A DNA stretch of 64,000 nt from Minisyncoccales bacterium (GCA_049700655.1 JBNAUV010000001.1:551-64550); one strand, 5' to 3'; shown: positions 1 to 9,461, counted from the first letter of the stretch. The notes: a model not told the origin generated them from the sequence alone. Program-made: numbers and translations.

Positions 1-1
1 G

Positions 2-316
2 GCTTCGTCAAACGAATTTGATGAAATCAAATCGTTTGTGGAAAAAATTGGAACGAACCGCCGCCTGCTGGACAGAAAACTGATTTTTGATTTTGTCCGT
101 CCCTTTGATTTAATCCTAAAATACAAAGAAAAATGGGAAGCGAGCCGAGCCGAAGGCGAGGCGAGCGAGCAAACATCTTTCCCAAAAAATAATGAAAGTT
201 GCATCTGGTCGGGCTGCCGGGAATTGAACCCGGGTCGCACCCACCCCAAGGGTGTATACTACCGTTGTACTACAGCCCGTTTGGCAAGAATTATTTCTTT
301 TTTGCCAGCGCTTTAA
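2..316 (+). CDS. C-terminal fragment of a probable large serine recombinase/integrase, 5'-truncated by the window and reading antisense through tRNA-Pro
   Basis: Frame open from position 2 (ASSNEFDEIKSFVEKIGTNRRLLDRKLIFDFVRPFDLI...), resembling from memory the tails of CPR recombinases that run into tRNA 3' ends. No catalytic domain is visible. Confidence 0.5.
   Translation, partial: ASSNEFDEIKSFVEKIGTNRRLLDRKLIFDFVRPFDLILKYKEKWEASRAEGEASEQTSFPKNNESCIWSGCRELNPGRTHPKGVYYRCTTARLARIISFLPAL
140..166 (+). repeat. GC-rich mini-hairpin with GAA loop and tandem GA mismatches
   Basis: gc-ga-gcc-ga-gcc-GAA-ggc-ga-ggc-ga-gc. Confidence 0.7.
206..279 (-). tRNA. tRNA-Pro(GGG)
   Basis: Reverse complement folds as a cloverleaf: CGGGCTG acceptor, CACCC-TTGGGGT-GGGTG anticodon arm, TTCAATT T-loop, encoded CCA. 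Confidence 0.95.
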
Positions 317-479
317 TACATTTAGTGCAGGCCTTGACTTTTTTGCCTGAAGGCAAAGTCACCCATTGGAGATTGGGATATTTGCGTCTTTTGGTTGTAG
401 GATTGTATTTGCCCCTTAATTTTTTCAGTCGCCAAACCAAGATTGATTTTTTACCGCATAAAGCGCAAACGCGTGACAT
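291..479 (-). CDS. rpmB: 50S ribosomal protein L28
   Basis: MSRVCALCGK...TKRRKYPNLQ...KVKACTKCIK. Confidence 0.92.
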   Translation of the reverse strand: MSRVCALCGKKSILVWRLKKLRGKYNPTTKRRKYPNLQWVTLPSGKKVKACTKCIKALAKKK

Positions 480-487
480 ACAATTTT

Positions 488-539
488 ATCTTAACTGTTT
501 TGTTAATTTTTTGCAAGATATTTTTTGATATGTTATAAA
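488..539. promoter_or_regulatory. Divergent sigma70-like promoters sharing palindromic TTGCAA (511-516)
   Basis: Minus strand TTGCAA-17-TAAGAT before rpmB; plus strand TTGCAA-17-TATAAA with TG extension before the protease gene. Confidence 0.45.
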
Positions 540-556
540 AATATATTATATATATT

Positions 557-1171
557 ATGGATGTGAGCATTATTTTTTATTTAATCATTTTAATTTTTTC
601 AGTTATCATTCACGAGATAGCGCACGGCAGTGTGGCCAATGTGCTTGGCGATCCAACAGCCAAAAACGCTGGCCGCTTGAGTTTAAATCCATTAAAGCAT
701 TTGGATTTTTTTGGCTCTTTTTTGGTGCCATTTTTTCTGATTATTTTGCAAAGCCCTGTTTTGATTGGCTGGGCCAAACCAGTGCCAATTAATCCTTTTA
801 ATTTTAAAAATCCTCAACGGGATGAAGTTAAAGTTGCTCTGGCTGGTCCTTTAGCCAATTTTTCCATAGCCCTAATTTTTGGTTTATTCATTAGATTTAT
901 TTCTTTGCCCGAACCGCTTTTAATCCTTTTTAGTTTTATTGTCGCGCTTAATTTAGTTTTGGCTATTTTTAATTTAATTCCTTTGCCGCCTTTAGATGGT
1001 TCGCATCTTCTTTTTTCTGTATTATCGCCAAAATTTAATAAAATTAAATTATTTTTGCATCAATATGGTTTGTTAATTCTTTTCTTTTTTATTTTTTTCT
1101 GTTTGTCATATGTTTTTCTTTTGGTTAGATGGATTTTTTTGTTAATTACCGGCCAACCCCTTGTCATCTGA
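557..1171 (+). CDS. Site-2 protease family (M50) membrane metalloprotease
   Basis: HEIAH, AGPLAN and NLIPLPPLDG motifs; hydrophobic helices. Confidence 0.92.
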   Translation: MDVSIIFYLIILIFSVIIHEIAHGSVANVLGDPTAKNAGRLSLNPLKHLDFFGSFLVPFFLIILQSPVLIGWAKPVPINPFNFKNPQRDEVKVALAGPLANFSIALIFGLFIRFISLPEPLLILFSFIVALNLVLAIFNLIPLPPLDGSHLLFSVLSPKFNKIKLFLHQYGLLILFFFIFFCLSYVFLLVRWIFLLITGQPLVI

Positions 1172-1207
1172 TTAAAATTATGTTAAATAGAATTTATTAT
1201 TTTAATT

Positions 1208-1249
1208 ATGTGTCCAACAATTCATCAATTACCGAGCTGGCGCAGCTAG
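1208..1249 (+). other. 13-codon upstream ORF MCPTIHQLPSWRS, in frame with rpsL and copying its N-terminus
   Basis: ATG TGT CCA ACA ATT CAT CAA TTA versus rpsL ATG CCC ACT ATT CAT CAG TTA. Confidence 0.6.
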
Positions 1250-1291
1250 CAAGGGTACAGATAAACTTCATATAATACAAAATTATTATTT

Positions 1292-1702
1292 ATGCCCACT
1301 ATTCATCAGTTAATTAAAAAAGGCAGAAAGAAGTTGAAAGCGCGACCAAAAGCGCCGGCTTTAACTTTTGGCTTTAATGTTTTAAAAAATCGTCCAAAAG
1401 ATTTTTTTTCTCCTTTTAAAAAAGGAGTTTGTTTGAAAGTTTTTACCACCACACCCAAAAAACCCAATTCCGCCCTACGCAAAGTGGCGCGTGTTCGTTT
1501 GACCAATGGTATGGAAGTTACCGCTTATATTCCGGGCGAAGGCCATAATTTACAAGAACACGCAGTGGTTTTGGTGCGGGGCGGCCGGGTAAAAGATTTG
1601 CCGGGCGTGCGGTATCATATTGTCAGAGGTGTTTTAGATACGGCTGGCGTGGAGGGGAGAAAACAGCAGAGGTCAAAATATGGCGCTAAGAAAGAGAAAT
1701 AA
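1292..1702 (+). CDS. rpsL: 30S ribosomal protein S12
   Basis: [32 protein letters not shown]. Confidence 0.99.
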   Translation: MPTIHQLIKKGRKKLKARPKAPALTFGFNVLKNRPKDFFSPFKKGVCLKVFTTTPKKPNSALRKVARVRLTNGMEVTAYIPGEGHNLQEHAVVLVRGGRVKDLPGVRYHIVRGVLDTAGVEGRKQQRSKYGAKKEK

Positions 1703-1705
1703 TTT

Positions 1706-2176
1706 ATGGGAAAACAAAAAAAGAAATTTAAAAGAGAAATTTTGCCCGATCCGGTTTTTAATAATGTGATGGTTGCCAAATTTATCAATCAGGTGATGAG
1801 ACGCGGCAAAAAGACCATAGCGCGTAAAATTGTTTACGGCGCTTTTGCCATTATTAAAGAAAAAACCAAACAAGAGCCAGTGGAGGTTTTTGAGAAAGCC
1901 ATTAAAAATGTTTCTCCTTTGTTAGAAGTTAAACCTAAAAGAGTGGGCGGAGCCACTTATCAAGTGCCTTATGAAGTTAAAAAAGAAAGGGGTATAACTT
2001 TAGCCATGCGCTGGATAATTCAGGCTGCTAAATCAAAAAAAGGCAAACCAATGAAAAATAAATTGGCCGAAGAATTGATTTTGGCAGCGAAAAACGAAGG
2101 AGCGGCTATTAAAAAAAGAGAAGACACGCATCGTATGGCTGAAGCCAATCGGGCTTTTGCCCATTTTGCTTATTAA
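1706..2176 (+). CDS. rpsG: 30S ribosomal protein S7
   Basis: [23 protein letters not shown]. Confidence 0.99.
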   Translation: MGKQKKKFKREILPDPVFNNVMVAKFINQVMRRGKKTIARKIVYGAFAIIKEKTKQEPVEVFEKAIKNVSPLLEVKPKRVGGATYQVPYEVKKERGITLAMRWIIQAAKSKKGKPMKNKLAEELILAAKNEGAAIKKREDTHRMAEANRAFAHFAY

Positions 2177-2180
2177 AACT

Positions 2181-4295
2181 ATGCCTAGAAGTTATCCTAT
2201 AGAAAAATATCGGAATATCGGCATCATTGCCCATATTGACGCTGGTAAAACAACCGTGACGGAACGGATTCTTTTTTATACTGGCGTCTCTCATAAAATT
2301 GGCGAAGTCCATGAGGGCACGACTATTATGGATTGGATGGTGCAAGAAAGAGAAAGAGGTATTACCATTACTTCAGCTGCTACTACTTGTTTTTGGCGGC
2401 CAGTAGGTTTGGAGGATACTGATCCTAAAAAGAAAGAAGAATATCGGATTAATATTATTGATACGCCCGGCCATATTGATTTTACAGTTGAAGTACAGCG
2501 TTCTTTGCGAGTTTTAGATGGCGCAGTGGTTGTTTTTGATGGCGTGGCCGGCGTGGAACCGCAATCAGAAACTGTTTGGCGTCAGGCGGATAAATTTAAT
2601 GTGCCGCGCATTTGCTTTATTAATAAATTAGATCGAATGGGCGCTTCTTTTGAAAAAAGTTTAAATTCAATTTGGCAAAAACTTTCGCCCAATGCTGTGG
2701 CTTTGCAAATACCAGTGGGTGAAGAAGAAAATTTTCAGGGAGTGATTGATTTATTAACAATGAAAATGTACCGGTTTGAAGGCAATTATGGTGAGATAAT
2801 TAAAAAAGAAGAAATTCCCGCCTCTTTTTCAGAGAAAGCGCAAGAATGGCGGAAAAAATTAATTGAGAAGATAGTGGCTGAAGATGAAACTTTGTTAGAA
2901 AGATATTTGTCTGGCCAAGAAATTGCGGTTAGTGAATTGAGAAGAATTTTAAGACAAGCCACGCTTAATTATAAACTAATTCCGGTTTTCTGCGGTTCTG
3001 CTTTAAAAAATAAAGGCGTCCAATTAATGTTGGATGGCGTTGTTTTTTATTTGCCCAGCCCAATAGATTTGCCGGCTATTAAAGGGACTAATCCGAAAAC
3101 TGGCGAGACGGTGGAAATTAAACCTTTAGACACCGAACCTTTTTGCGCTTTGGCTTTTAAAATAGCCGCTGACCCGTATGTCGGCACTTTGACTTATTTT
3201 CGGGTCTATGCTGGCTATCTAAAAAAAGGCTCCTATGTTTTAAATACCACCAGCGGTGAAAAAGAAAGAATTGGCCGAATTTTAAGAATGCACGCCAATC
3301 AAAGAGAAGAAGTGGAAGAAGTTTTTGCTGGTGATATTGCGGCCACAGTTGGTTTAAAAAATACTTCTACTGGCCACACGCTTTGCAGCGAAGACCGACT
3401 AGTTGTTTTAGAAAGCATCACTTTTCCTGAACCAGTTATTTCAATTAAAATTGAGCCGAAAACCAAGGCTGACCAGGAGAAGTTAAGCGTGGCTTTAAGA
3501 AAATTAATGGAAGAAGATCCAACTTTTAAAGTTAAAGGAGATTTGGAAACAGGCGAAACCATTATTTCTGGCATGGGCGAATTGCATTTAGAAATTATTA
3601 CTGATCGGCTAAAAAGAGAATTTAAGGTAGAAGCCAATGTTGGCCGGCCACAAGTGGCTTATAAAGAAACCATTAAAGAAACAGCTGAAGCAGAGGGAAA
3701 GTATATTCGTCAGTCAGGCGGCCGCGGTCAATATGGCCATGTTTGGTTGAGAATTAACCCAAAAGAAAGAGGCGCTGGTTTTGAATTTGTTGATGAAATA
3801 AAAGGCGGTATTATTCCCAAAGAATTTATTCCAGCCGTGGAAAAAGGCGTTAAAGAAGCCATGAGTAAAGGCGTTTTGGCTGGTTATCCTTTAGTTGATT
3901 TTAAGGCTACGCTTTACGATGGTTCTTTTCATGAAGTTGATTCTTCTGAAATGGCTTTTAAAATCGCTGGCTCAATTGCTTTTCAAGAAGCAGCCAAAAA
4001 AGCCAAACCTGTTTTATTAGAACCGATTATGAAATTAGAAGTGATTATACCAGCTGAATTCTTTGGCGATGTGATTGGCGATTTATCAGCCCGGCGCGGC
4101 AAAATTGAAGAAACAAAAGATAGATTGCAAATGAAGGTGATTGACGCTAAAGTGCCTTTAGCCGAAATGTTTGGTTACGCCACTACTTTAAGAAGCTTGA
4201 CCGAAGGCCGAGGAACTTTTACAATGGAATTTGATCATTATGGCGAAGTGCCGGCTAATATTGCCCAAGAGATAATTGAGGGAAAACGAAAATAA
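2181..4295 (+). CDS. fusA: Elongation factor G
   Basis: [27 protein letters not shown]; start moved to ATG 2181. Confidence 0.99.
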   Translation: MPRSYPIEKYRNIGIIAHIDAGKTTVTERILFYTGVSHKIGEVHEGTTIMDWMVQERERGITITSAATTCFWRPVGLEDTDPKKKEEYRINIIDTPGHIDFTVEVQRSLRVLDGAVVVFDGVAGVEPQSETVWRQADKFNVPRICFINKLDRMGASFEKSLNSIWQKLSPNAVALQIPVGEEENFQGVIDLLTMKMYRFEGNYGEIIKKEEIPASFSEKAQEWRKKLIEKIVAEDETLLERYLSGQEIAVSELRRILRQATLNYKLIPVFCGSALKNKGVQLMLDGVVFYLPSPIDLPAIKGTNPKTGETVEIKPLDTEPFCALAFKIAADPYVGTLTYFRVYAGYLKKGSYVLNTTSGEKERIGRILRMHANQREEVEEVFAGDIAATVGLKNTSTGHTLCSEDRLVVLESITFPEPVISIKIEPKTKADQEKLSVALRKLMEEDPTFKVKGDLETGETIISGMGELHLEIITDRLKREFKVEANVGRPQVAYKETIKETAEAEGKYIRQSGGRGQYGHVWLRINPKERGAGFEFVDEIKGGIIPKEFIPAVEKGVKEAMSKGVLAGYPLVDFKATLYDGSFHEVDSSEMAFKIAGSIAFQEAAKKAKPVLLEPIMKLEVIIPAEFFGDVIGDLSARRGKIEETKDRLQMKVIDAKVPLAEMFGYATTLRSLTEGRGTFTMEFDHYGEVPANIAQEIIEGKRK

Positions 4296-4309
4296 TCCAC
4301 AATTAAAAG

Positions 4310-4337
4310 TTGACTTATTTTTTGAGTTAGATAAAAT
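4310..4337 (+). promoter_or_regulatory. Putative internal promoter for tuf
   Basis: TTGACT-16-TAAAAT. Confidence 0.5.
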
Positions 4338-4382
4338 AATAATTATTAATTAAAATCAAAAGTTAAAAAGGTTAAAAAAAAT

Positions 4383-4417
4383 AAAAATTAATAATTTAAA
4401 ATTAATAATTTAAAACT
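4383..4417 (+). repeat. Five degenerate heptamers (NAWAATT) abutting the tuf start
   Basis: aaaaatt aataatt taaaatt aataatt taaaact ATG. Confidence 0.6.
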
Positions 4418-5617
4418 ATGGCAGAAAAAGAAAAATTTATTAGAGAAAAAACCCATATTAATATTGGGTCTATTGGCCATGTTGACCATGGCAAAACAAC
4501 TTTAACCGCGGCCGTGCTTAAAATTCAGTCATTAGCTGGATTTAAATCAAGCCAAAAATCAGTTGATGAAATTGATTCAGCGCCAGAAGAGAAAGCGCGC
4601 GGTTTAACTATTAATGTAACACATGTTGAATTTGAATCAGCTAAGAGACACTATGCTTGGATTGATTGTCCGGGCCACGCTGATTATATTAAAAACATGA
4701 TTACAGGCGCGGCTCAAATGGATGGAGCAATTTTGGTTGTTTCCGCGCCCGATGGACCAATGCCGCAAACCAGAGAGCATATTCTTTTGGCTCGCCAAGT
4801 TGGCTTGCCGGCTTTGGTTGTTTTTCTTAACAAATGCGATATGGTTGATGATCCAGAAATGATTTCTTTGGTTGAATCAGAGGTGAGAGAATTATTAAAG
4901 AAATATAATTTCCCGGGCGATAAAACCCCCATTATTAAAGGTTCAGCCCTAAAGGCTTTAGAAGTAAAATCAATTGATGATGAAGCGGCTAAACCAATTT
5001 TAGAATTGGTTAAAGCCATTGATGAATATATTCCTGAACCGGTTCGTGAGACTGATAAGCCATTTTTAATGGCTATTGAAGACGTATTTTCAATCGCTGG
5101 TCGGGGCACTGTAGCCACTGGTCGAATTGAGCGAGGCGTTATTCGTCCTAACGAAGAAGTGGAATTAGTGGGTCTTAGACCAACCAGTAAAACTATTGCG
5201 GTCAGCATTGAAATGTTTAATAAAATATTAGATGAAGGCCGGGCCGGCGATAATGTTGGTATTTTATTGAGAGGTTTAAAGAAAGAAGAAGTAGAACGCG
5301 GTCAGGTTTTAGCCAAACCCGGTTCTATTACTCCCCATACTGAATTTGAAGGAGAAGTTTATGTTTTAACCAAAGAAGAGGGTGGTCGGCATACGCCATT
5401 CTTTAATGGTTATAAGCCGCAACTTTATTTCCGAACCACCGATGTGACTGGCGAGGTTACTTTGCCAGAGGGCACAGAAATGGTTATGCCCGGCGATACA
5501 GTTAATTTGAAAATTAAATTGATTGCGCCGATTGCTATGGAAGAGAAACAAAGATTTGCTATTCGTGAAGGCGGTAAGACAGTGGGCGCAGGAGTTGTGA
5601 CCAAAATAATTAAATAA
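4418..5617 (+). CDS. tuf: Elongation factor Tu
   Basis: [38 protein letters not shown]. Confidence 0.99.
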   Translation: MAEKEKFIREKTHINIGSIGHVDHGKTTLTAAVLKIQSLAGFKSSQKSVDEIDSAPEEKARGLTINVTHVEFESAKRHYAWIDCPGHADYIKNMITGAAQMDGAILVVSAPDGPMPQTREHILLARQVGLPALVVFLNKCDMVDDPEMISLVESEVRELLKKYNFPGDKTPIIKGSALKALEVKSIDDEAAKPILELVKAIDEYIPEPVRETDKPFLMAIEDVFSIAGRGTVATGRIERGVIRPNEEVELVGLRPTSKTIAVSIEMFNKILDEGRAGDNVGILLRGLKKEEVERGQVLAKPGSITPHTEFEGEVYVLTKEEGGRHTPFFNGYKPQLYFRTTDVTGEVTLPEGTEMVMPGDTVNLKIKLIAPIAMEEKQRFAIREGGKTVGAGVVTKIIK

Positions 5618-5673
5618 ATAATAAACATTAAATTTATTTATTATTTAACTGTTGTTTTTTAAAAAAATTTAAG

Positions 5674-6015
5674 ATGCCCCAAAAGAAAGTTACAGCAACC
5701 AAAGAAGAGATAAAACCGAAAATTAGAATAAAATTAAAAGCCTTTGATCATAAGGTAATTGATAATTCAACAAAGCAAATTGTTGAAGCAGTCTTGCGTT
5801 ATGGGGCTGAAATTTCTGGTCCAGTTCCTCTGCCGACCGAAATTCATAAATACACTGTTAACCGTTCCTCTTTTGTTCATAAAGACAGCCGCGAGCAGTT
5901 TGAGATGAGGATTCATAAGAGATTGATTGATATTCTCAACCCCAACCCAAAAATAATTGATGCCCTGATGAATTTAAATTTACCAGCCGGGGTAGATGTA
6001 GAAATAAAGATGTAA
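5674..6015 (+). CDS. rpsJ: 30S ribosomal protein S10
   Basis: [33 protein letters not shown]. Confidence 0.98.
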   Translation: MPQKKVTATKEEIKPKIRIKLKAFDHKVIDNSTKQIVEAVLRYGAEISGPVPLPTEIHKYTVNRSSFVHKDSREQFEMRIHKRLIDILNPNPKIIDALMNLNLPAGVDVEIKM

Positions 6016-6021
6016 TTTTTA

Positions 6022-6051
6022 TTGACACATTTCTAAATAAAATGTTAGTAT
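6022..6051 (+). promoter_or_regulatory. Putative promoter for the rplC operon
   Basis: TTGACA-18-TAGTAT with TG extension. Confidence 0.55.
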
Positions 6052-6077
6052 TAAATTAATTCAATAATAAAAATTAA

Positions 6078-6119
6078 AATAGCCATTAGGCATTTAAAGC
6101 CGGGCTATTGCCCGGTTTT
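6078..6119 (+). promoter_or_regulatory. Structured 5' leader of rplC with alternative pairings
   Basis: AATAGCC(6078-84) pairs with GGCTATT(6103-09); competing stem AAAGCCGGGC-TATT-GCCCGGTTTT (6096-6119). Confidence 0.55.
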
Positions 6120-6131
6120 GTATTAGAAAAA

Positions 6132-6728
6132 ATGAAATTCATTTTAGGTAAAAAATTAGGCATGTCGCAAATTTTTCAGGAGGATGGAAAGGTTATACCA
6201 GTAACTTTAATTGAAGCTGGCCCTTGTTTTGTTACCCAAATAAAAAATAAAGACAAAGATAAATATGAAGCTGTGCAGATTGGATTTATTAAAAAAACAA
6301 AAAAAATAAAGAAAAGCGAACAAGAAAAACCATTTAAATATTTAAAAGAATTTAGGGGCGAGGGTATAGATATTACCAAGTATAAAGTTGGCGATCAGAT
6401 TGATGTGGCAATTTTTAAAGAGGGCGATCGGGTAAAAATTTCTGGAATTTCAAAAGGTAAGGGTTTTCAAGGCGCAGTAAAAAGATGGGGTTTTGCTGGT
6501 CGGGGAAGCAGTCATGGCGTTAAACATGAACATCGAACCATTGGTTCGGTTGGTTCAAGATTTCCGCAGCGAGTGGTCAAAGGCAGAAAAATGCCCGGCC
6601 GCATGGGCAGTGAAAGAATAACGATAAGCAATTTACAAATTGTTAAGGTTGATAAAGAAAATAATTTATTAGCCGTTAAAGGCGCCGTGCCCGGCAATCA
6701 GGGGGCTTTATTAGAAATAAAAGGATAA
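6132..6728 (+). CDS. rplC: 50S ribosomal protein L3
   Basis: GKKLGMSQIF, SKGKGFQGAVKRWGF, KGRKMPGRMG; start at ATG 6132. Confidence 0.98.
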   Translation: MKFILGKKLGMSQIFQEDGKVIPVTLIEAGPCFVTQIKNKDKDKYEAVQIGFIKKTKKIKKSEQEKPFKYLKEFRGEGIDITKYKVGDQIDVAIFKEGDRVKISGISKGKGFQGAVKRWGFAGRGSSHGVKHEHRTIGSVGSRFPQRVVKGRKMPGRMGSERITISNLQIVKVDKENNLLAVKGAVPGNQGALLEIKG

Positions 6729-6734
6729 TTATTT

Positions 6735-7370
6735 ATGAAAATTGTAATTTACAATACAGAAGGAAAAGAAGTTGATACTTTGACACTGCCCAAGGATATT
6801 TTTGATGTTAAAATAAATGAAGATTTAATTTATCAGGTAGTGACAGCGCAACAAGCCAACCGTCGGCAAGGAACAGTTCAGACCAAAGGACGGGGCGAAG
6901 TGCGTGGCGGCGGGAAAAAGCCATGGCGTCAAAAAGGGACAGGTCGAGCGAGGGTTGGTTCAATTCGTTCACCCTTATGGCGCGGCGGCGGTGTCACTTT
7001 TGGCCCAACAAAAGAAAAAGTTTATAAAAAGAAAATTTCCAAACAAATGAGACGCCAGGCGCTTTTAATGACTTTATCCGCTAAAGCAAAAAATAATTTA
7101 TTAGTTTTATTAGACCAGTTGAAATTAGAAAAAATTAAAACGAAAATAATAGCCGATATCTTGAAAAAATTGCCTTGCCAAAACAAAAGTACGCTTTTGG
7201 TGACGCCTGCTTACGACAAAACAATTGTTTTATCAACTAGAAATTTACCCAAGGTTCAGATCATGCCAGCCAAAGATTTGAATGCTTTAGATGTGCTTTC
7301 TTTTAAATATTTAGTTATGACAGCCGAGGCAATTAAGGTAATTAAAGAAACATTTTTAAAACAAAAATAG
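6735..7370 (+). CDS. rplD: 50S ribosomal protein L4
   Basis: GGGKKPWRQKGTGRARVGSIRSP. Confidence 0.98.
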   Translation: MKIVIYNTEGKEVDTLTLPKDIFDVKINEDLIYQVVTAQQANRRQGTVQTKGRGEVRGGGKKPWRQKGTGRARVGSIRSPLWRGGGVTFGPTKEKVYKKKISKQMRRQALLMTLSAKAKNNLLVLLDQLKLEKIKTKIIADILKKLPCQNKSTLLVTPAYDKTIVLSTRNLPKVQIMPAKDLNALDVLSFKYLVMTAEAIKVIKETFLKQK

Positions 7371-7373
7371 TTT

Positions 7374-7796
7374 ATGGCTATCTTTAATATTTTTAAAAAG
7401 AAAATAAGAAAAAAGGAGGAGAAAAAAGAAATAAAAAAAGAGCAGGCCCAGAAATTAACAGCCGAGCAAACAACATTGGCCGGTCAACCAAAAATTAAAA
7501 AAGAAACCGATTTTGCTGAAGGATATAAAATTATTAAAAGCCCCCATATTACTGAAAAGGCGAGCGATTTAACTGAAACGAATCAGTATGTGTTTAAAGT
7601 TTTTTCTCAAGCCAATAAGATTCAGATTAAAAAAGCAGTTGAAAAGAAATATGGGGTTAATGTAGAAAAAATAAGAATTATTAATGTGCCCAGCAAAAGA
7701 AGACGAATGGGCAGAATTGTTGGAGCAAGGCAGGGCTATAAAAAAGCTATTGTTGAGATTAAAAAAGGACAAAAAATTGAGATATTACCACGATAA
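7374..7796 (+). CDS. rplW: 50S ribosomal protein L23 with N-terminal extension
   Basis: PHITEKA, YVFKV, YKKAIV; synteny. Confidence 0.96.
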   Translation: MAIFNIFKKKIRKKEEKKEIKKEQAQKLTAEQTTLAGQPKIKKETDFAEGYKIIKSPHITEKASDLTETNQYVFKVFSQANKIQIKKAVEKKYGVNVEKIRIINVPSKRRRMGRIVGARQGYKKAIVEIKKGQKIEILPR

Positions 7797-7801
7797 ATTT
7801 T

Positions 7802-8581
7802 ATGACTTATCAATTATTAAATAAAAAGAAACCAGAGAAAAAATTATTGCTTCCCTTAAAGAAAAAAGCGGGCCGGGCATCTTCTGGTAGAATTACAGTG
7901 CGGCATCGGGGTGGCGGGGTGAAGCGTCTTTATCGTTTGATTGATTTTGGTCAGGAAAAACTTAACATCCCGGCTGAGGTAAAAGCAATTGAATATGATC
8001 CTAACCGGACCGCTTTTATTTGTCTTTTAGAATATGAGGATGGCGACAAGAGATATCAACTTTGTCCCCAAGAAGTAAAAGTTGGAGATAAGATTATTTG
8101 CGCGGAGAAAACTGAAATAAAACCAGGCAATCGGTTGAAATTGAAATATATACCAGTTGGGACACCGGTTTATAATGTGGAATTAATGCCCAATCAAGGC
8201 GGAAAATTAATTCGGAGCGCCGGAGCCTCAGCCACGGTTTTAGCGCAGGAAGGAAAATATACGCATTTGGTTTTGCCATCTTCAGAAACAAGAAAAATTT
8301 TAAATGAATGTTATGCTTCCATTGGTCGAATTTCTTTTCCTGAACACCGTTTTATAGAAATAAAGAAAGCCGGTCGAGTTAGATTAAAAGGTCGTCGACC
8401 GCAAGTGCGCGGTTCAGCCATGAATCCCTGCGATCATCCCCATGGCGGCGGCGAAGGCAGGGCGCCGATTGGTTTAAAACATCCTAAAACCCCTTGGGGC
8501 AAACCAGCTTTGGGAGTGAAGACGAGAAAAAAGAAATGGACAGATAAATTAATAATTCAACGGAGAGTAAAGAAAAAATAA
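7802..8581 (+). CDS. rplB: 50S ribosomal protein L2 (short N-terminus)
   Basis: [31 protein letters not shown]. Confidence 0.98.
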   Translation: MTYQLLNKKKPEKKLLLPLKKKAGRASSGRITVRHRGGGVKRLYRLIDFGQEKLNIPAEVKAIEYDPNRTAFICLLEYEDGDKRYQLCPQEVKVGDKIICAEKTEIKPGNRLKLKYIPVGTPVYNVELMPNQGGKLIRSAGASATVLAQEGKYTHLVLPSSETRKILNECYASIGRISFPEHRFIEIKKAGRVRLKGRRPQVRGSAMNPCDHPHGGGEGRAPIGLKHPKTPWGKPALGVKTRKKKWTDKLIIQRRVKKK

Positions 8582-8593
8582 TTTTTAAAAAGT

Positions 8594-8911
8594 ATGGCCA
8601 GATCAATTAAAAAAGGTCCTTTTGTTGATGAAAGCCTTTTAAGAAAAATTAAAAAAGCTAAACCCGGCGAGATAATTAAGACTTGGTCGAGACGATCAAT
8701 TATTACACCAGAGATGGTTGGTCTTGTTTTTGGCGTACATAATGGTAAAGAATTTATTACTGTCAAGGTGACTGAAAGTATGGTTGGTCATAAATTGGGT
8801 GAATTTTCGCCAACAACCAAATTTGTCCGGCATGGCGGCAAGATGCAACGAGAATTAGAAGCCAAAGCAAAAGAACAGGAAAAACAAAAAACAACAACAG
8901 AAACAAAGTAA
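8594..8911 (+). CDS. rpsS: 30S ribosomal protein S19
   Basis: [25 protein letters not shown]. Confidence 0.98.
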   Translation: MARSIKKGPFVDESLLRKIKKAKPGEIIKTWSRRSIITPEMVGLVFGVHNGKEFITVKVTESMVGHKLGEFSPTTKFVRHGGKMQRELEAKAKEQEKQKTTTETK

Positions 8912-8928
8912 AACCGATTAATTAAATT

Positions 8929-9456
8929 ATGCCAAGCAGTATTGCCAAATTAAATTACTTAAGAATATCTCCGCGCAAAGTAAGATTGGTGGCTGATTTA
9001 ATTCGAGGCAAATCAGTGAAGGAAGCCAGGGCTATTTTAAATTTTGTTATTAAAAAGCCAACCCTGCCTTTATTAAAACTTTTAAACCAAGCCGTGGCCA
9101 ATGCGCAACACAATTTTCATTTAGAACCAGATAATTTATATATTTCTAAAATAATTGTTAATGAAGGCCCAAAATTGAAAAGATGGCGGCCACGAGCTCG
9201 CGGTCAGGTTTATGAAATTCAGAAGAAAACTTCTCATATTACTTTAGTTTTGGATGAAATACCGGCAGAGAAAAAGAAGAAAATTATACAAAAACAGAAA
9301 GAATCGACAGAGGTCGTTGAGAAAGAAATAAAAGAAGAAAAAAAGGAAATTAAAACAAAAAAGAAAACGATTAAGCCAAAATTAAAAACAGAAAAACAGG
9401 CAAAACCAAAAATAGAAAAAACAATTAAAAAAATTTTTAGAAGAAAATCTTTTTAA
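8929..9456 (+). CDS. rplV: 50S ribosomal protein L22 with Lys/Glu-rich tail
   Basis: RISPRKVRLVADLIRG, PRARG, TSHIT. Confidence 0.97.
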   Translation: MPSSIAKLNYLRISPRKVRLVADLIRGKSVKEARAILNFVIKKPTLPLLKLLNQAVANAQHNFHLEPDNLYISKIIVNEGPKLKRWRPRARGQVYEIQKKTSHITLVLDEIPAEKKKKIIQKQKESTEVVEKEIKEEKKEIKTKKKTIKPKLKTEKQAKPKIEKTIKKIFRRKSF

Positions 9457-9461
9457 AGAGT

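Noticed and set aside
199-528. 109-aa plus-strand ORF
   Set aside because: Antisense shadow of tRNA-Pro and rpmB.
2157-2180. Extended TTG/GTG starts in the ORF track for fusA, rplC, alaS, gyrB and miaB
   Set aside because: Downstream ATGs match the family N-termini and avoid overlaps.
4293-4301. Replication origin suggested by DnaA-box-like 9-mers
   Set aside because: The boxes are single and far apart, with no dnaA/dnaN nearby.
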